From positions 62,124,001 to 62,188,000 of the forward strand of contig OZ024744.1 in NCBI GenBank assembly GCA_964016885.1: a stretch of 64,000 bases of DNA. Direction: 5' to 3'. Made by a program: the position numbers and the translations under genes. Origin of the DNA: Eledone cirrhosa. Its lineage: Eukaryota. Within the stretch, counting starts at the first letter, position 1. Every line of letters begins with the position of its first letter. Below, one piece after another: positions 1 to 12,875 of this stretch. The notes under the pieces were generated by a model. That model worked only from the letters and a program-made list of their open reading frames with translations. It was not told the origin of the DNA and made no database searches.

Positions 1-2835
1 AACATACTAGCCAGGTAGATTATATCCTTACCAGAAGACGTGACAAAGTGACTGTCGTAAACACTAAATCCCTCCCCCATGAAGAATGGACTTCCCAACA
101 TAGACTGATAATTAGCGACCTAATAGTCAGGACGAGACGTACTAGACAACAGAAGAGGACTATCCTCAGGAGAAAAATATGGAAGCTAAAGGACCCCACA
201 GCCAAAAATAAATTCCAAAGCATATTACTTGATGCTTTCGACAGTGAGGAAGAGCAATTAGAGACGTACAAGGTAGAGGAACAGTGGGAATTCCTGAAAG
301 CAAACCTGCTGACGGCGGCAGACGAAGTCTGTGGCTGGAGCAGGCCTGTAGGCAGGAGGAGAGTAACATGGTGGTGGAACAGTAAGGTGGAGGGGTCAAT
401 TAAGGCCAAAAAGCAGGCTTGGAAAGTATGGCGGGATAGGGGAAGCAGAGAAGACTATCAAGTGGCCAGGAGGGAAGCTAGGAGACAAGTGTACTTCGCA
501 AGAAGGGAAGCAGAGGAAAGAAAGTTCAAGCATGTTCTACAACGTGAGGACCAAAAACGTGAGGTGTTCAGGATTGCTAGGCAATGTGTCAAGGAAAACA
601 GTGATATTGTCGGGGAGAAGTGTGTACTTAACGATGACGGCGTACTTGCCATCACCGACGCCGATAAGAAGGTAGCTTGGAACTGTCACTATGAAAGGCT
701 ACTAAATGAGGAGAATAAATGGGAGAAAGACAGTCTCCCCCACATCGACCCAATAGAGGGACCAGCAGTGTTAGTCGAGGGTAGTATAATAAGTAAGGCA
801 ATCAAAGATATGAAGACAGGCAAGGCGGCTGGGCCTTCGGAAATAGTTGCCGAGATGCTGAAGGCATCTCGTACGGTGGGACACACCATGGTCACCCGGA
901 TAGTCAACCAAGTCATACAGAATGGGGTTGTTCCGAAGGACTGGCGTAGCAGCATTATCGTTAACCGTTATAAGGGTAAAGGAGATGCCCTAGATAGGAG
1001 TAACTATAGAGGCATTAAATTAATCGACCAGGTCATGAAGGTCACGGAAAAAGTAATAGCGCAACTAATCAGAGAGCGAATTGATCTAGATGAAATGCAG
1101 TTCGGGTTTGTGTCAGGAAAAAGTACCACAGACGCTCTTTTCATTGTACGACAACTACAGAAGTACCTAGCTAAAAGTAAACCCCTATACTTAGCTTTCG
1201 TCGACTTGGAGAAGGCCTTCGACAGAGTCCCCCGTTCCATTATCTGGTGGGCTCTTAGAAAACTAGGTGTTGATGAATGGCTTGTGAGAGCTATACAAGC
1301 CATGTATAAAGAAACAGTCAGCACGGTTAGAATTAACAACGAATATAGTGAAGAGTTTAGTGAAAAAGTTGGTGATCATCAGGGCTCTGTTCTTAGCCCC
1401 CTACTATTTATTATTGCCCTCCAGGCTATAACAGTGGAGTTCAAGACCGGCTGCCCATGGGAACTCCTATACGCAGATGATCTAACGCTCATAGCTGAAC
1501 CAATGGCCGAGCTATAGCTGAACCAATGGCCGAGCTAGAGAAGAAATTCCAAACATGGAAGCATGGCCTAGAATCAAAAGGCCTTAAAATTAACCTGGCT
1601 AAGACTAAAGTTTTAGTTTGTAAGAAAGAAAATAAGGCGGCGGTCCCCTCCGGGAAGTGGCCATGCGCAGAGTGTAGGAAAGGCGTAGGTAGAAATTCCA
1701 TTTTGTGTCCCAAATGCAAAGTTTGGGTGCATAAAAGATGTAGTGGGATCACAGGTAAGCTAACTAAGAACATAGATTTTACATGTGGCCGGTGTTCTGG
1801 GGCAATAAGTAGCAGCAAGTGCCCACAAAATACTAGCTCTTTCAACTGCGCAGAGGGTTCGATAGAAATAGTGGACAGCTTCCGTTACCTGGGTGACAAA
1901 ATCAGCAGTGGGGGAGGGTGCTCTGAAAGTACAGTAGCTAGAGTCAGAACTGGGTGGAAAAAGTTCAGAGAGCTTATACCACTATTAGCCGCTAAAGGGT
2001 TCTCCCTAAAAATGAAAGGCAGGCTGTACGATGCCTGCATACGAACAGCAATGTTGCATGGCAGTGAGACCTGGGCATTGTGTGCAGAGGATTACGCAGA
2101 CTAGAGAGAAACGAAGCTTGCATGCTCCGCTGGATGTGTAATAGTAATATACGTGAACGGCAAAGCATAAATGAACTAAGTGAGAAATTAGGAATAAGAG
2201 GGATCAGATGTTGTTTAGTAGAGAGAAGGCTACGTTGGTATGGACACGTGATGCGCATGAAAGTTGATAGCTGTGTAACAAAGTGCAGGGCAATAAAGAT
2301 AGACGGTAGCCACGGAATAGGCAGACCTAGAAAATCCTGGGACGAGCTGATAAACTCCGACCTCACACACTTACACCTCACCAAGACAATGTCACTGGAC
2401 CGAGACCTTTGGCGGTACTCAGTAATAGAGAAGACCCGCCTTACCAAAATACATAGTAAAACCTACTACAGTCAGTAGGCATCTCTAACAAAATACACCC
2501 CCGTCCCACCACCCCCACCCCATCCACACCGCCCCCTTCTATGTAAAGTTATGTTGGTCCCACACCATCCAGGCCGAAACAAATGAGATCGTGTAGGTGT
2601 CACGACAAAAAAACACACAGTCCACGCTGTAATGTGGCCGTGTAGGCAACACGGTAAAAACCTCCCAGACCCACACTGTAAATGTGGTTGGTGTTAGGAA
2701 GGGCATCCAACTGTAGAAAACCTGCCAGACAGTCCTATGCGAGCAAGACAATCGTTCTTGCCTCAAGTGGGAAAACCCCCGTCCAAACCCATGCAAGCGT
2801 GGAACACGGACGTTAAACGTTGATGATGATGATGA
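1..2835 (+). mobile_element. RTE-clade non-LTR retrotransposon, copy 1 (5' end outside window): end of AP endonuclease, RT with PHD-type insert, 3' UTR, (GAT)n tail
   Basis: ORFs 48-1517, 1526-2104 and 2080-2478 join into one protein with motifs SQVDYIL, NYRGIKL, QFGF, FVDLEKAFD, QGSVLSPLLF, YADD, FRYLG, RLRWYGHV, GRPRKSW; ends GGACGTTAAACGTT(GAT)n. Confidence 0.95.
3..2478 (+). pseudogene. Disrupted EN-RT ORF of RTE copy 1
   Basis: 23-bp tandem duplication (1491-1513/1514-1536) gives stop and frameshift; 1-nt deletion near 2093; one codon missing near 1160 (QLQKYL vs QLQEKYL in other copies). Confidence 0.92.
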
Positions 2836-3837
2836 TATATATATGATATATATATATATATATGATATATATATATGATATATATATATATATATATATG
2901 ATATATATATATGATATATATATATATGATATATATATATATGATATATATATATATGATATATATATATATGATATATATATATATGATATATATATGT
3001 AATATATATATATAATATATATATGATATATATATATGATATATATATATATGATATATATATATATATGATATATATATATGATATATATATATGATAT
3101 ATATATGACATATATATATGATATATATATGACATATATATATATATATATGACATATACATGATATATATATATATGATATATATATAGGATATATATA
3201 TGACATATATATATATATATATATATATATGACATATACATGATATATATATATATATATGACATATATATGATATATATATATATATGACATGATATAT
3301 ATATATATGACATATGACATATGATATGTATATATATACATATATATATATATGATATATATATATGATATATATATATGATATATATATATGATATATA
3401 TATATATGATATATATATATGATATATATATATATGATATATATATATATATGATATATATATATATATATATGATATATATATATATATGATATATATA
3501 TATGATATATATATATGATATATATATGATATATATATGACATATCATATATGATATATATGATATATATATATGACATATATCATATATGATATATATA
3601 TATATGACATATACATAATATATATATACGACATATACATGATATATATATATATATACGACATATATATGATATATATATATATGATATATATGATCTA
3701 TATATATGATATATATATGATATATATATGTCATGATATATATATATATATATATATGGCATATATATGATATATATATATGTTATATATGATATATATG
3801 ATATATATATATATATATATATATGATATATATGATA
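2836..3837. repeat. About 1 kb compound (TA)n microsatellite with periodic GAT/GAC interruptions
   Basis: Direct reading; starts at the RTE (GAT)n tail. Confidence 0.95.
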
Positions 3838-3890
3838 TCCAAACCCATGCAAGCATGGAACACTGACGTTAAACGATGATGATGATATAT
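3838..3890 (+). mobile_element. Isolated RTE 3' terminus (stem-loop + GAT tail)
   Basis: CCAAACCCATGCAAGCATGGAACACTGACGTTAAACGATGATGATGAT matches 2784-2835. Confidence 0.85.
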
Positions 3891-3898
3891 ATATATGA

Positions 3899-4190
3899 TA
3901 TCATCATCATCACCGTTTTATGTCCGTTCTTCCATGCTAGCATGGGTTAGACAGGTTGTCCTGCTGTGGGCAGTGTCTGGTCGGCTGACCATGCCTTGCT
4001 CATACAGGAACTGATTTTGACTTGATTTCTACAGCTGGATGCCCTTCTTAACACCAACCACATTTACAGTGAGTGCTGCGTGCTTTTTTTCCGTGGCGCC
4101 TCCACGTCCACTTTACAGTGTGGGCTGGGTGCTTTTTTGCCATGGCAACTCCATGACCACTTTGCAGTGGGAGGGTGTGGGTGCATATTG
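3899..4190 (-). mobile_element. Non-coding element related to RTE 3' UTR (SINE-like)
   Basis: Reverse complement has tandem CCCAGCCCACACTGTAAAGTGG units, TGGTTGGTGTTAAGAAGGGCATCCAGCTGTAGAAA, AACCCATGCTAGCATGGAA and (GAT)n tail. Confidence 0.8.
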
Positions 4191-4224
4191 TCTATATGCT
4201 TCAGCATGATATATATATGTATGA

Positions 4225-4800
4225 TCATGATCATCGTTTAACATCCATCTTCCACGCTAGCATGGGTTTGGACGGGAGTTTTCCCCACTTGAGGCAAGAT
4301 TGGTTGTCTTGGTCGTATAGGACTGTCTGGCGGGTTTTCTATGGCTGGATGCCCTTCCTAACACCAACCACGTTTAGAATGTGGACTGGGAGGTTTTTAC
4401 CATGTGACCTACACGGTCACATTACAACGTGGACTGTGTGTTTTTTTTGTTGTGACACCTACACGACCTCATTTATTTCAGACTGGATGTTGTGGTACCA
4501 ACATAACTTCACATTTAAGGGGGTGGTGTGGATAGGGTGGGGGTGGTGGACGGGGGTGTATTTTTGTTAGAGGTGCCTACTGACTGTAGGTTTCTTTGTA
4601 CTTTGTACTTTGGCTAGGCGGGTCTTCTATATTGCTGTGTAGCGCCAAAGATCTCGGTCCAGTGACATTGTCTTGGAGAGGTGTAAGTGTGTGAGGTCGG
4701 AATTTATCAAGTCGCCCAGGTTTTTCTGGGTCTGCCTACTTTGTGGCTACCGTCTATTTTTATCGCCCTGCACTTTTTTTATACAGCTGTCGTCTTTCAT
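4225..4800 (-). mobile_element. 5'-truncated RTE copy (ORF C-terminus + 3' UTR)
   Basis: Reverse complement closely matches 58478-59040. Confidence 0.9.
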
Positions 4801-4932
4801 GATATATATATATATATATGATATATATATATATGACACACATATATATGACATATATATATATATATATGACATATATATGACATATATATATGACATA
4901 TATATGACATATGACATATATATATGACATAT
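4801..4932. repeat. (TA)n/GACA compound microsatellite
   Basis: Direct reading. Confidence 0.9.
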
Positions 4933-4937
4933 CTTTT

Positions 4938-5095
4938 CATTTTACGTCCGCTTTTTCCCTGCTTGCAAGGGTGGGACGGGAACTGATTCTGGCTTGATTT
5001 CTACAGCTGGATGCCCTTCCTAACACCAACCTCATTTACAGTGAGTGCTGGGCGCTTTTTTGCCGTGGCACCTCCACGACCACTTTGCAGTGGAA
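4938..5095 (-). mobile_element. Second-family RTE 3' terminus fused to 3'-UTR-type repeat
   Basis: TTTTACGTCCGCTTTTTCCCTGCTTGCAAGGGTGGGACGG equals the terminus at 59973-60011; followed by the CTACAGCTGGATGCCCTTCC block. Confidence 0.75.
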
Positions 5096-5117
5096 TGATA
5101 TGGACCCCAGTCCCTAT

Positions 5118-5263
5118 CATCTCATTTCTACAGCTGAGTAAACTGGAGCAATGTGAAATAAAGTGTCTTGCTCAAGGAAACAACACATCACCCGGTCTGA
5201 GAATTGAACTCACAACCTTTCGATTGCAAGGCCAATGCTCTAGCCACTAAGCCATGTGCCTCC
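5118..5263 (-). mobile_element. tRNA-derived SINE with CORE-like central domain
   Basis: Reverse complement: A box TGGCTTAGTGG, B box GAGTTCAATTC, then CCTTGAGCAAGACACTT; homologous to 52842-52970. Confidence 0.8.
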
Positions 5264-5280
5264 ATATGACATATATATAT

Positions 5281-5337
<57 letters not shown>

Positions 5338-5813
5338 TGACATATATATATATATAATATATATATATATGACATATATATATATATATATATAATATAT
5401 ATATATATGACATATATATATATAATATATATATATATGACATATATATATATATATATGACATATATATATATATATATGACATATATATATATGACAT
5501 ATATATATATGACATATATATATGACATATATATATGACATATATATATATATGACATATATATATATATGACATATATATATATGACATATATATATAT
5601 GACATATATATATGACATATATATATGACATATATATATGACATATATATATGACATATATATATATGGCATATATATATGACATATATATATGGCATAT
5701 ATATATGGCATATATATATATATTATTATATGCCATATATATATATATATTATATGCCATACATATATATGCCATACATATATATGCCATACATATATAT
5801 GCCATATATATAT
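5264..5813. repeat. (TA)n/GACA/GCCA compound microsatellite
   Basis: Direct reading. Confidence 0.95.
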
Positions 5814-5950
5814 AATTGTTTCTATTTCAGGCACAAGGCCAGCAATTACCCAGTGCATTACTGGTACTTTATTTTATCGATCCCCGTAAGGATGAAAGGC
5901 AAAGTCAACCTCGGCGGGATTTGAACTCAGATCGTAAAGGGACGTAACTA
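5814..5950 (-). mobile_element. SINE family S1 (tRNA head, Meta/MESC-like domain), 5'-truncated
   Basis: Reverse complement matches 49933-50070 (GAGTTCAAATCCCGCCGAGGTTGACTTTGCCTTTCATCC...AGTACCAG). Confidence 0.88.
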
Positions 5951-5994
5951 TATATATAGAGTAATGTAAATGTTAGAGGGTTAAGAGACATACA

Positions 5995-6720
5995 TATGAA
6001 ATAGAACTGTGCTTGCACATGCACAACCGGATACTTCAGCTGGAAATTACTCCTATAATATTAATAGGATATATATGAGTTGGCTAACAATGTAGGTTAT
6101 GTATGTGGTAGGTGTGCAGTAAGTAGCAAGCACTCACATGAAACAGACACTATCAAATACACAGATGGCTCCCTAGAAGTGGTTGACAGTTTCTGCTACC
6201 TAGGTGATTTAATTAGCTGTGGGGTGGATGTTCTAAATTTACAGTCACTAAAATGAGAACTAAGTGGAAAAAGTTTAAGGAGCAACTGCCTCTGCTTGCT
6301 ACTAAGGGTTTCTCCTTCAGGATGAAAGGCAGATTGCATGATGTCTATATGAGAACAGTAATGATCCCTGGATGTGAGATTTAGGCCTTTAATGCAGAAG
6401 AACACTGACAGTTGGAAAGAAATTCAGTGAACATGTCCTGGTAGAAGTGTAATAGAGTGCATGAGCAATGAAGCCTTAATGATTTAAGAAAAAAGCTGAA
6501 CAAAAGAGGGATTAGATGCTGCATACAAGAGAAAATGAGCTGGTATGGACATGTGGTGTGTGCATAGGATGACAGATGCAAAAAGAAATGTAGAACAAAG
6601 TTGGAGGTAACTATAGAAGGAACACTTGGGATAGGCTGACCTCACATAGCTGAACTTTATGAAGGAGATGACAGAGGGAGAAGTCAGCTGGCAATATGGT
6701 GTACTACAGAAGATTGCATT
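5995..6720 (+). mobile_element. Old degraded RTE fragment (PHD end to C-terminus)
   Basis: Residual GYVCGRC, GSLEVVDSFCYLGD, KGFSFRMKGRL and WYGHV motifs with many stops. Confidence 0.8.
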
Positions 6721-7380
6721 CCCACATAAGTGGGTTGAAATGAGGATGGGAAAGATTATAGTAAAAAGCAGGGAGGTGTAATATTTAGGTCCCCCTTCCA
6801 ATACGCCTACTTCCATCTTCCCCTCCCTCACTATGTAACCTCTTACCCACCTAGTCTTTCCCTTCACTCAATTCATCTCTCCCTTCTCCCCCCTCCTTCC
6901 CTGTCCAATCCATGTCAACATGCAATGACAAGTGCACCCAACAAGGTACTGCCAGATGTACATTCCCCTTTCCTCACCCCACCCCCTCCCCCGGCAAACA
7001 ATATGTAATCTACTCACTGCCCTCATCCATCCCAAATCCTATCACTGATAGTAGTAATGCTGGTGCCAAGTATAAAATGAACCTACATTGTAAAGTGGTA
7101 GTGTTGGTGCCACAATAAAATACACCCAGCCCACACTCAAGTGGTAATGCTGATGCCACAGTAAAAAGCACCGTGTCCACCCTGTGAGGTGGTTGTGGCA
7201 GTACCATGATAAAATTACATCTAGTATATGCCATGAAGTGCTTTCTATAGAAAAGGCATCCACTAACATCATTACTGTTTCAAGAATCCTTCAGAGTGAA
7301 TCTCTGGTGAATTTTTAACAGAAGGAAACAGAAATAGTCATGTAAGATTCACTTTTTAAGAAATTAATATACTCACTCTA

Positions 7381-7417
<37 letters not shown>

Positions 7418-8374
7418 TGAATGAAAATAGACCGAGAAACGGGACTGTCCATCATTAGTAGTCTGCTGATTATCATTGGTATTTCTTCGCATTAAAGACT
7501 AGATACCCCAAAATCAGTGCGAGCGATAACTAAAATAAGTTATCGGGACAGAGCGAATTGGAAGGGGAAAGCAAACAAACAACATGGTAGTAATGCAACG
7601 TAAAGAGAATATAAAGTACTTTACTTTAATCGAAGTTCCCTTCTGTTCTTAATAGAATAACTTTCATTGAAATTATGTATTAACTGGAGGGAAAGAATGG
7701 TAACAAATTTACATTTGTAATATATATATATATATATATATATTTAAATCAGAGAAAATATTTAAAATATTAAAAGAAAAGAAAGATTTGGGACTACTAA
7801 ACATCTGAATCTCAATTTAAAACAGTATTTGTGTTAGTTGAAATATCAACAGAAATGGTCTAATTACGAAATGCATAAAAAAAAAGGCAAGGTTCTGGTT
7901 ATGAAAAGAAACTCAATTTTATTTTATCATATATTGGCTGTACTGTACTATAAACCCTGAGAAAAAAATGTGTCTCATAAGAATTTATATTTCTCATTTC
8001 TCCAGAGATGCCCGAAGGAATTATACATGAGGAACTCAACCACTTTATTAACAACACTTAATTGCCTACTTACTTTCCTTCCAATCCCTTTCTTAATAAC
8101 CAATCTGATGAAGCCTAAAACTTTTTTCCTCCACCCCCACCCACCCCACTTCATATCTGATAATTATAACTAGTTGTCATAGCAACTCCATAAATGTAAT
8201 TTTTCATCTAAATTTTTTTATTAATATATTTTTTTATATATCACATGCCTTTTAGCAGTCCTTACAGCTCACAACTGGCTGAAACATTTATCTCAACTTT
8301 CATCTTAACTCACGTGGTACCCTCAAATTATTAATTCTATGGTGGGACCTTAAAAAAGGTAGGTGTGTGTGTGT

Positions 8375-8396
8375 GTGTGTGTGTGCATATACACAC

Positions 8397-8446
<50 letters not shown>
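8375..8446. repeat. (GT)n and (GA)n microsatellites
   Basis: Direct reading. Confidence 0.85.
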
Positions 8447-8449
<3 letters not shown>

Positions 8450-8731
8450 GACTGACGTTTTACTCAAATGTGATTAATCACAACAATGACGATAATGATT
8501 TCTTATAAAGATACAAGTTTATAAATTATGAGGCGAAAGGAAAAGAGTGGAGATAGAATAAAATACCAGTAAAATACTGGGCTTAGATTATCAACTCTGG
8601 AAGAATGAAAGGTAAAGTTGACCTCAGTAGGATTTTAACTCACATTATAAAAGCTGAAAAAATACCTCAGAATATTTTCTCCATCACAAAAAAGGATTCT
8701 GTGAATCATCCACCTTAATGATCCTGATGAA

Positions 8732-9000
8732 TACCCACTGTAAATGAGGTTAGCGCTAGGAAGGGCATCCAGTTGTAGAAACCAAGCCAAAATCAGTTCT
8801 GTATGAGCAACACATGGTCATCTGACCTGGCATTGCTCACAACAGGATAACTAATCTAACCCATGCTAGCATGGAAAAGTGGACGTTAAACAAGGATGAT
8901 GGTGATGAAGGTGGCTGTGGTGATGATGGTGGCGATGATGGTGCTGGTGGTGGCGAAGGTGGTGATGGTGACGGTGATTGTGATGACAATTGTAATCATG
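8732..9000 (+). mobile_element. RTE-3'-end-related element whose tail runs into a (GAT/GGT)n trinucleotide tract
   Basis: AGGAAGGGCATCCAGTTGTAGAAACC...AACCCATGCTAGCATGGAAAAGTGGACGTTAAAC followed by GAT/GGT repeats. Confidence 0.8.
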
Positions 9001-9335
9001 GTAACAGTTGCATTGATAATCATGTCACTGTTGACAATGTTAATGAAACACTACACAACATTGCACACTGTTATATACATGTTTATGCCAATATCAATCA
9101 ATCAATCAATAGATCAATATTTGATGCACTTCATTGAGCTAACCTATTTAAAATGTGTGCGTGTACGCGTGTATATGTATGCATGTGTGCGTGTGTAAAA
9201 TAATTAGTGATAGGAGGAAGAGCATCCAGCTCTGAAAACAGTGCCAAAACCAGAATGTATGTGAGATATTGCTCCGAGCCCATCTTGGAGGAGAGTAACT
9301 TAGATTAACTACTGACCTGGACTATGAAAGCCTGT

Positions 9336-9546
9336 TTAACCCTTTAACACTTACATTACTCTATATTTACTATTGTATTTTCAAGGTAAAGGCTTTACCT
9401 CACATAATTATCTCATAATATCGAATCTATGAGATTTTGATATTTATTTTGAGAACAATACTTTAACATCAGTATGAGTCAGTTTGAACAGAAAGAGGTG
9501 AGAGAATTCTGGTCGGATATGGCCGGTTTAAATACTAAAGGGTTAA
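9336..9546. mobile_element. MITE family A (about 210 bp, TTAA-flanked, piggyBac-like)
   Basis: TTAA-CCCTTTA(A)CA...TAAATACTAAAGGG-TTAA terminal inverted repeats; multiple copies in window. Confidence 0.85.
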
Positions 9547-10064
9547 ACTATGATAACATGGACAGCAATCATTAAATGATGACTGAAATGATAATGATCA
9601 ATTGCAATATTTTCTTTCATTATTTTAAAATGCTTGGCATTTTGTTTCTATATTTAAATCAAAATAGTAATGTCCAGCCACAAAAAATACATCAATTTCT
9701 TTTTCAATTGCAAATTACATAGAGTTTACATGAAGAGAAAACCCTGGAAACCATGTTAGCATAACAATCTTTACAACAATCAATGCACACATGAGTAAAC
9801 TTGTAATAATATTATCACAGACCTTGTATGGAAATAAATGTGACACACATAAATATACATGCATTCATTATCTCAAGTATCCTCTCCCTCCATAGTTCAC
9901 TATCTTTGACTCTCGTGTGAAAAATTAAATTGGCATATTTAGAGATATTCTTACAATAGAGTTATGTGACATGTTAACTAAAGAAGGCAGGTCTATTATA
10001 AATAGTTGATAAAAACATTACAAATTATTGAAGGTTACTAAAAGCTAAATACATTCGTAGATAC

Positions 10065-10525
10065 ATCAGTGGCAGCAAACACATTGTAGTCATGGCAGTG
10101 ACAGACACATTGTGGCAACGGCAGACACGTCACAGTGGCAAACACACCGTGCTAGTGACATATGTCACTGTGGCAGACATCTCATGCAGTCAGACACATC
10201 ATGGTGGTGACAAACATGTTGTGACAGTGGCAGACACGTCATGGTGACAGACATGTCATGGTGGCAGTGGCTGACACGTCACAGTGGCAGTGGCTGACAC
10301 GTCACAGTGGCAGTGGCTGACACGTCACGGTGACAGACACCTCATAAGGTCAGACATGTCACGGTGACAGACACCTCATAAGGTCAGACATGTCGCAATG
10401 ACAGACACCTCATGAAGTCAGACATGTGGCAGTGACAGACACCTCATCAGGTCAGACATGTCGTGGCAATGACAGACACCTCATGGAGCCAAACATATCA
10501 TGGCAGTGACAGACATGTCACAGCA
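10065..10525. repeat. Degenerate minisatellite, about 22-35 bp units (GTGGCAGTGACAGACACGTCA / GACAGACACCTCATAAGGTCAGACATGTC)
   Basis: Direct reading of tandem units. Confidence 0.85.
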
Positions 10526-10798
10526 GTAAATTAAAAAGTGACAAAGAGAAAGACATGTAAGAAAAGAAATGGAGTAGAGAGAGATAGAGAGATACAGAGA
10601 CAGACATTTCTTTACGTTCCACAACTTAGCAAAGATTGATAAAACAGGTACCAGACTTATTTCTGTAATCCAATGAATGAAACCAGTGAAAGGATAAAAG
10701 AATAAAAGAGTTTAGTGCTGATGTCACAATAAATGTACCCTGCCCATATTGTCAAGTGGTAGTGCTGATGTTACATTAAAATCCACTCAGTACAATAT

Positions 10799-10998
10799 TT
10801 AACTCTTTAACATTTAAACCAGTCATATCCGGCCAGAATTATCTCACCTGTTTCTGTTAAAACCAGCTGTAACCAGCCACTCATACTTATGTTAAGGTAT
10901 TGTTCTCAAAATAATATTAAAATCTCAGATTTGATATTATGTGAGGTAAAGCCTTTACCATGAAAATATATAGAGTAATGTAAATGCCAAAGGGTTAA
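10799..10998. mobile_element. MITE family A copy (opposite orientation), inserted into an RTE-UTR-type repeat
   Basis: TTAA-CTCTTTAACATTTA...TAAATGCCAAAGGG-TTAA; interior is the reverse complement of 9336-9546. Confidence 0.85.
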
Positions 10999-11852
10999 TA
11001 GTAGTGCTAGTGTTGCAATAAAATGCACCCAGTACACTCTGTAAAATGGTTGGTGTTAAAGATATCCAGCTGTAGAAACCATCCCAAAGTGGAATATATA
11101 AGCAAAACTGCAATTTAACCTGACGAGTCTCAGAATATGATAACCTGCCCAATCCATACCAATATATAAAATGGATGTAAAACAATAGTGATGATGGTAG
11201 TGAAGATGATCATCTTCATCTTAATATACTCCTACACATTTTCTCAACTACTGAGGTGGGATAATTATGTTTTCAACAAACTTTAGCACTTTGCCTTCTT
11301 GTATTATTTACTGGATAACAATTCATAGAATCCTTTTGAAATTAGAAAGCCTTTTATTTGAGAGGGTAAAAAACAAGAAAAATAAAATAATGATCAAATT
11401 GCCTCCTTCTCCACCACCTTTAATCACATATGTGAGCAGTTTTCTACCTTCATTCATAATTCTAATGGTTTCACTACTAATTTATTTATTCAGTTTTGGT
11501 GTTATAACTACAGTTAGTTTTATGTGTAACAATAGATTAGACATTGTTGTTAGTATTTAACAATGTATGACAATGTCCCCCCTCCCCTCCCCCTTTTTTT
11601 TACCGACGGCACCCTTTAAAACAAATGAAAATATTTGGCACACTTTTGAATAAATTATCGAATTGAAGTACAAAGAGGTAGTTATACAAATTAACATAGC
11701 ATAAAGTAGAAATAGAGATAATTTAAAAATACAGAAAACATATTTAGACTTCCTTCTTTAGTCAATAAATAGAGTAAAGTCATCAATGAGAAGCATGTAA
11801 TTGGTGGTTTGTTGGGGGGGGGGGGGGGGGGGGCAATGTTTTCATTTTTAGT

Positions 11853-12065
11853 TTAACCCTTTAGCATTTAAACTGGCCGTATCCAGCCAGAATGTTCTCA
11901 CCTCTTTCAGTTCAAACTGGTCATAACCGGCTGCTCATACTGATTTTCAGGTATTGTTTTCAAAATAAATAATATCAAAATGTTGTAGATTCAATATGTG
12001 GGATAAAGTGTTTACCATGAAAATATATTAGTAAATATAGAGTAATGTAAATGATAAAGGGTCAA
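11853..12065. mobile_element. MITE family A copy
   Basis: TTAACCCTTTAGCATTTAAAC...TAAATGATAAAGGGTCAA. Confidence 0.85.
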
Positions 12066-12233
12066 TTAATTTTGACAGTTATATATGAACTTTATTACAA
12101 ATTTCAAATTGTATTTTTCAATTTTTGAAATAAGAATCTTACTCTTGAGATGCACCTATTTACACCTCATGGTACATCAGTGCACCACCATGCACAGTTT
12201 AGGAACCACTGCACTATAGTCTGCATGTAAATG

Positions 12234-12875
12234 GACACAGGCATGGCTGAGTAGTACCAGGTTAGGCTCCCTTACATGATTCTTTGAGCCATAACAAGTG
12301 TCTTCTGCCATAAACATAGGTTGACTGAAGTCTTAAAAATGAAACTAGATAGACAGAATCTGAATAGAAGCCATTCAAATGAACTGAACATGTAATTCAA
12401 AAAGCCAGCCATCACATATTGTGACATGCTGAATCTCCCTGAAAATTACATTAAGGGTACACATATCTGTTAAAGAGTCAGTCACTTATAATACAAGATG
12501 GACTGTATCTGCAATTCAAAAGGTGCTACATTGTAACATATGTCATACTGAATCATCATCATCATCGTTTAACTTCTATTTTCCATGCTAGCATGGGTTA
12601 GATGGGTTTGTCCCATTAGAGGCAAGTTGGGTCGGGTGACTGTGTCTTGCTCATAGAGGACTGATTCTAAATGTACACATATCTGTGGAACACTCAACCA
12701 CTTACACTTTAATACAAGATGAACTGTAACTGTAATTCAAAGGAGCCAACCTTGTGCCTGAAGGGTACAAGTGTATGTGGACAACACCACCACCTATATA
12801 ATAACTTGATGAGTAAAGTACTCAGTTGATCAAACAACTGAGGTACTCCTTGTTGAAACTGACGGAGAATCGTTT
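12234..12875 (+). mobile_element. Degraded tRNA/CORE-like SINE (family S2) followed by tandem copies of a second SINE-type body
   Basis: GCATGGCTGAGT...CAAGTGTCTTCT; repeated AATTCAAA...CTGAATCTCCCTGA...TTAAGGGTACAC block also at 41215-41375 and 61995-62250. Confidence 0.6.

Noticed and set aside
20-2447. Antisense ORFs over RTE copies (also at 33098-35168 and 56294-58391)
   Set aside because: Shadow frames of the RT coding strand; no independent motifs.
2539-3852. Long I/Y/H-rich ORFs up to 346 aa
   Set aside because: Translations of (TA)n satellite that happen to lack stops.
5188-5924. I/Y-rich ORFs
   Set aside because: Microsatellite artefacts.
8871-9198. Gly/Asp-rich ORF
   Set aside because: Trinucleotide expansion of a retroelement tail.
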